In this document: one piece after another, positions 59,928 through 64,000 of the stretch
Position numbering within the stretch: position 1 is the first letter of the stretch
Layout: each line of letters starts with the position of its first letter
Assembly (NCBI GenBank): GCA_963845085.1
Contig: CAWJQI010000004.1
Coordinates: 704,001-768,000, forward strand
DNA length: 64,000 nt
Direction of reading: 5' to 3'
DNA from: Candidatus Fermentibacterota bacterium
Lineage (GTDB): Bacteria > Fermentibacterota > Fermentibacteria > Fermentibacterales > JCC-6
Program-made: the position numbers and the translations under genes
The notes under the pieces: generated by a model
Told to the model about the DNA's origin: nothing
The model's database searches: none
The model's input: the letters and a program-made list of their open reading frames with translations, nothing else

Positions 59928-61301
59928 ATGAGGGCAATTCTTGCAGTACTTGTCATAGCGGCGGCGGCGGTCGCTCAGTGTCCCTTGCGGTTAACCCCTG
60001 CCGAAGCCTGTCATGAAGGCGCCGCAAGGTGCGCACTCTACGTCGACGCCAACGGAGACCAGCGCTGCGACAACCCGGGTCCCCAGCCAGTGATCGACCC
60101 CGAGCCGGAGCCTGAGCCTGAGCCGGAAACTGAACCCGAGAACCCTGTTGTCGAGGAGGGTCCAGATGACCCCGAGCCCGAGCCGGAGCCCGTTCAGCAA
60201 ACTGTAACAGAAACCACCGAACCACGCCCCGAGGATGTTGAAGAAAGCGCGCCGGCCGACTCTGTCAGGGTTGAACCTGAAGATATCGAGGTTACTGACA
60301 GTCTGGCCGTAGCTCCCGAGACGTCCGGCTTTACAGGATGCCCTCTTGGCTACATTCCGGAAGAGGCTTGCACCATTACGGCGCCGGGGTGCGCGTTGTT
60401 CACCGATACAGATGGTGACGGCAGGTGCGACAACCCCGCAGCGCCTGCGGAAACGCTTCCGGACAGCACCGAGGCTGTAACGGTGATCGGTTGCCCCCTG
60501 GGTCTTCCCCCCGAGGCTGCATGCCCGGGCGAACTTGCGTTATGCCCCCACTGGCTGGGGCAATCCACTGCAGTTCAATGCTCAAACCCTTCGGCCGGGA
60601 GCAGGCGGGTCTACATCGCCTTGATCGCCCTGGCAGTCTTGATGAGCCTTTCCACAGTTCTCAGCAGGCGTCTGAGAGGGAGAAAACTTGCAGAGCGGCT
60701 TCGTCGCAGCATAGCCCACAAGACCGTGCACGGGCTGAGCCTGATCGTTCTGGGTTTCGGCATTCAGGGCTGCTTCTGCCCGCTCGGAACATTCCAGTAT
60801 GCTTTCATGAAGGATGGGCTGGTGTTTCTGGGATGGGCAGGGGTCGCGCTCCTCGCAATTCCCTTCCTGTTTGCGGCATTCTTCGGCAGGATCTTCTGCT
60901 GCTGGGTCTGCCCCATGGGCGCAATGCAGGAGCTCGCATATCACATTCCATCCCCCGGAAAGCTCAACCCCAGGGGAAGGGTGAGCAGGGCTTTCGGCCG
61001 TTTCAGGTTCGTTGTTCTGGGCGCACTTCTAACGGTGCTCCTGCTCAACCGGTTTGAAATGATGCACTCCCAGTGGCCGGCGGTTTTCTGCAGGATCGAT
61101 CCCTTCCACACCATTTTCACGCTCTTTCTCACGGGGAGCATGATGGCTGCGGGTGTTACCCTGCTTCTGTCCGTGTTCGTGAGAAGGTTCTTCTGCAGGT
61201 ACCTGTGCTTCCTCGGCGCCGCGCTCAGTTTGTTGACCCCGCTGAGGCTCTACAGCCGCATCACCGGGAAGAAACCCCTCAAGACCAACTGCGAGATCTG
61301 A
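59928..61301 (+). CDS. NosR/NapH-like 4Fe-4S-binding membrane protein with three periplasmic Cys-rich repeats
   Basis: Signal peptide, 3x CPL...AC...C...CxNP, Pro/Glu linker, TM helices with CFCPLG, GRIFCCWVCPMG, RFFCRYLCFLG. Confidence 0.85.
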   Translation: MRAILAVLVIAAAAVAQCPLRLTPAEACHEGAARCALYVDANGDQRCDNPGPQPVIDPEPEPEPEPETEPENPVVEEGPDDPEPEPEPVQQTVTETTEPRPEDVEESAPADSVRVEPEDIEVTDSLAVAPETSGFTGCPLGYIPEEACTITAPGCALFTDTDGDGRCDNPAAPAETLPDSTEAVTVIGCPLGLPPEAACPGELALCPHWLGQSTAVQCSNPSAGSRRVYIALIALAVLMSLSTVLSRRLRGRKLAERLRRSIAHKTVHGLSLIVLGFGIQGCFCPLGTFQYAFMKDGLVFLGWAGVALLAIPFLFAAFFGRIFCCWVCPMGAMQELAYHIPSPGKLNPRGRVSRAFGRFRFVVLGALLTVLLLNRFEMMHSQWPAVFCRIDPFHTIFTLFLTGSMMAAGVTLLLSVFVRRFFCRYLCFLGAALSLLTPLRLYSRITGKKPLKTNCEI

Positions 61302-62135
61302 TCAGGGAACGCAGACAAGTCTGACCGGGGTGATGTTCTCGTCTCCGACGAAACGCGCCAGGTAGACACTGGGAGTATCCGCCGTGAATACGGCAAACCC
61401 TGGGGAAAGGTCAAGGCGTTCTACAAGCCTGCCGGAGATATCGAAGACCTCAATGCCTGACCCCGGCCCCGCTCCTTCAACTGAAAGTACTACGCTTCCC
61501 GAGAACGGGTTGCGATCTGTCAGGATGGCAGGCGGACCCGGAATCCCCCGGGTTTCCTCTTCAATGCCGGTCTCTTCATACTGAAGCTCGACCCAGTCCC
61601 AATGGGCATTGGTTTCTCCTGCAGCGATGCCCCACTCCCCGGTCTGCACCGCCGCTTCGCTGGATGCGTACAGAAGCCATGTCTGGGATGACTGAACGTG
61701 TTCAATGCTCAGTGACATTTCCGGACCAATGCATGTGAAGGTCAGAAGGTAGTCTCCCTCGGGAAAATCAACGTTCAGTGAGTTGTAGATGGTTGAGATT
61801 GAGCCGTTGCTCACCTGTCTGATCCGAGCCACGTTGTAATCGACTGAAACGTACGCGTACACGCCGGTGTTGAGATTGTCGAGACGGGCGATAACGCCAA
61901 AGGTGTGATCGCCTGATCCGAAAACACTGATGGAACCATCCTGTGTCTGGATCTGACCGGGAAATACCATTGCGCTGCAGGTGTTGTACGTCTGGCAGTT
62001 GACCATGCCGCCGGATAAATACCAGTAAGCCGTTCCGCAACGGGCTGTCCAGCCGGAAATGTCGCTGAAATCTTCATACACCGTCACTGCGTATGAAAGC
62101 GAGATGCAAAGGATGGCAACCATCAAATACTTCAT
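61302..62135 (-). CDS. Secreted beta-sandwich protein with short Por-like CTD
   Basis: RBS GAAGGGAG, signal peptide, RNPF...VFDISGRLV. Confidence 0.75.
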   Translation of the reverse strand: MKYLMVAILCISLSYAVTVYEDFSDISGWTARCGTAYWYLSGGMVNCQTYNTCSAMVFPGQIQTQDGSISVFGSGDHTFGVIARLDNLNTGVYAYVSVDYNVARIRQVSNGSISTIYNSLNVDFPEGDYLLTFTCIGPEMSLSIEHVQSSQTWLLYASSEAAVQTGEWGIAAGETNAHWDWVELQYEETGIEEETRGIPGPPAILTDRNPFSGSVVLSVEGAGPGSGIEVFDISGRLVERLDLSPGFAVFTADTPSVYLARFVGDENITPVRLVCVP

Positions 62136-62301
62136 GACCGAACTCCCTTCGGTTATCTTTATATGCATATGTATAAATCATTTCATCACTCTTCTGTATT
62201 GAATAGCATTTGGTAACACGCCGGTCAAGTGCATTTCCAGCACTGCTTTTCCTTGCTTTACCTTTGAACCGTATATTCCATGGAACAGCTTAGGAGGAAT
62301 C

Positions 62302-63030
62302 TTGTCCGACCCAAGAATCAAGGGAGAGAAGGGACGAAGCCCTTTTCAGGAAGTATTCGGAAATATGCCTTTGGTGACCGATTCTGCAGCTGCAAACATC
62401 GACTATGACAGCTACTGGCAGAACCGGATCAGGGAAGGTGTTGTTACCGAGCCCTCAATACGGCGCGCCAGCGGAATCCTCGATCTGATTTCACAGGGAG
62501 ATTCGGTGCTGGATGTAGGCTGTGGAACCGGCGAGACCCTTGAATACCTTCGAGCTGAAAGGTTGATCCATGGAACCGGTGTTGACATCTCCGAAGTGGC
62601 ACTCGATTCAGTCAAACGGAAAGGGTTCGATACCCTCTGTTCCGATTTTACACAGAGTGACACGATCATCGAAGGCGAGTGGGATCACATAATCCTGTTC
62701 GAACTTGTCGAACATGTACAGGATGCCGAAATCCTGATCTCAAAACTGAAGGGTCATTACCGAAAAGGTCTTTATGTAACAACACCGAACCTTGGTTACA
62801 TGGCTCACAGGCTCAGGCTGTTGTTCGGACGCTTTCCCGTCACTTACATTCGCGACCCGAGAGAGCATGTACGATTCTGGAGTGTTAAGGACTTCATCTG
62901 GTGGTCCGGTGCTTTGGGTTTTCCCGCCCCTGTGGTGAGGGGATTGAGAGGCAGACCGAACGTGTTTGCCCTTCCCCGGAGATGGCCCTCAATGTGGGCC
63001 AGCGAAGTGGTTTACTGCTTCGGAAAATAG
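62302..63030 (+). CDS. Class I SAM methyltransferase (MetW-like)
   Basis: VLDVGCGTG, GVDIS, ELVEHV, TTPN, RLRLLFGRFP. Confidence 0.88.
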   Translation: MSDPRIKGEKGRSPFQEVFGNMPLVTDSAAANIDYDSYWQNRIREGVVTEPSIRRASGILDLISQGDSVLDVGCGTGETLEYLRAERLIHGTGVDISEVALDSVKRKGFDTLCSDFTQSDTIIEGEWDHIILFELVEHVQDAEILISKLKGHYRKGLYVTTPNLGYMAHRLRLLFGRFPVTYIRDPREHVRFWSVKDFIWWSGALGFPAPVVRGLRGRPNVFALPRRWPSMWASEVVYCFGK

Positions 63031-63112
63031 TGCTTTCCTGCCCCCTCTTGACCCCCGACCGGGGATTCGCTAATTCATGGGCCTGATAATGCCTTTCAAA
63101 GGGGGGGAAGAT

Positions 63113-64000
63113 ATGAGGGAGACCTGGGGAAGCAAACGGGCCTTCATTCTGGCGGCGATCGGAAGCGCCATCGGGCTCGGAAACATCTGGAGATTTCCAT
63201 ACATCGCCTACGCCAACGGTGGCGGCGCCTTTCTTGTGGCCTACTTCGCATGCCTGTTCGTGGCGGGAATTCCTGTGCTGATGCTTGAGTTCGGCCTGGG
63301 TCACAGGTACAGGCAGGCTGCTCCCGGTGCCTTTCGTAGCATCAAACCTTCGCTTGAGTGGTTCGGCTGGATGGCGGCACTGTTGTCCTTCGCAATAGTT
63401 GTTTACTACGCCATCATCATGGCCTGGTGTGTGAACTACACTTACGAGGCCGCCACACTCGGCTGGAAGCAGGAACCCGGGCTTTATGCCGATCCGGCTG
63501 CAGCCGTCTCAACCACTGATCTTGCTGATATGCAGGTTCTCACCCCAGTTCCTCCCGAGATGGGTGGTACGCCATTTGTTTCTTCAGTAAGCGGGGCAAC
63601 TGGGGTGGTTGTACCGGAACCCACAACTCTTGTTTCCAGCGACGGGGCCATCTACGGGTTCGCAAACCGGTCGCAGGCGGAGGCATTCGCGGCGGATCCC
63701 TTCCGGAATGAGCTGTGCGCGCTGGCGTCAGCGGAAGGCGCCGGAACGCGCATCCTCACGGATATCCCTGCGGAACTCCTCGGCAGACCCTATGTGTCGC
63801 CTGTTGACGGATCGGCAGGCGTGGTCAGGAACATCTCCACGATTCTTGTTGCCTTCGACGGCAAGCTCTATGCTTTTGACAGCGTTGATGAGGCCAGCAC
63901 CTTCATGGGCTCGCCCGGAGATTTCTTCTACAACAGGTTCCTCGGGCTCACCTCGAAGCCGTGGGATTTCGGAACATTCCGCTGGCCGCTTCTCGTTGGT
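63113..64000 (+). CDS. Sodium-dependent transporter (NSS/SNF family), partial, with large extracellular-loop insertion
   Basis: Manual translation: MRETWGSKRAFILAAIGSAIGLGNIWRFPY...NGGGAF; the frame stays open to the window end. Confidence 0.93.
   Translation, partial: MRETWGSKRAFILAAIGSAIGLGNIWRFPYIAYANGGGAFLVAYFACLFVAGIPVLMLEFGLGHRYRQAAPGAFRSIKPSLEWFGWMAALLSFAIVVYYAIIMAWCVNYTYEAATLGWKQEPGLYADPAAAVSTTDLADMQVLTPVPPEMGGTPFVSSVSGATGVVVPEPTTLVSSDGAIYGFANRSQAEAFAADPFRNELCALASAEGAGTRILTDIPAELLGRPYVSPVDGSAGVVRNISTILVAFDGKLYAFDSVDEASTFMGSPGDFFYNRFLGLTSKPWDFGTFRWPLLVG

Noticed and set aside
60095..60195. Short GAGCC(G/T) tandem repeats
   Set aside because: They encode the Pro-Glu linker of the membrane protein; not an independent element.

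Overview
GC-rich bacterial DNA, probably from an anaerobe (fhs, tungstate transporter, radical SAM enzymes). It is diderm (TolC, TonB receptor, FadL), and many secreted proteins end in Por/T9SS- or FlgD-like C-terminal domains. An FCB-group or Fermentibacterota-like origin is inferred, not verified. Left part: a B12 radical SAM enzyme, a TetR-RND efflux operon, a C25 gingipain-like protease, fhs, a Moco/Tuco riboswitch upstream of tupABC, PadR, RCC1 and FG-GAP secreted proteins, a small peptide plus rSAM/SPASM pair, and a two-component/Trk potassium locus. Right part: toxin-antitoxin modules, then three integrase-less cargo segments bounded by copies of the tRNA-Asp 3' end plus terminator, then tRNA-Asp itself. 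Main finding: two tandem secreted paralogs (58479-59078 and 59116-59736) that the ORF track splits. Each has an in-frame TGA at codon 37 in a CxxU motif, followed 11 nt later by an identical SECIS-like hairpin. They look like an unannotated secreted selenoprotein family and sit next to a Cys-repeat NosR/NapH-like membrane protein. A third candidate Sec peptide, a 44-aa lipoprotein, lies at 14468-14602.
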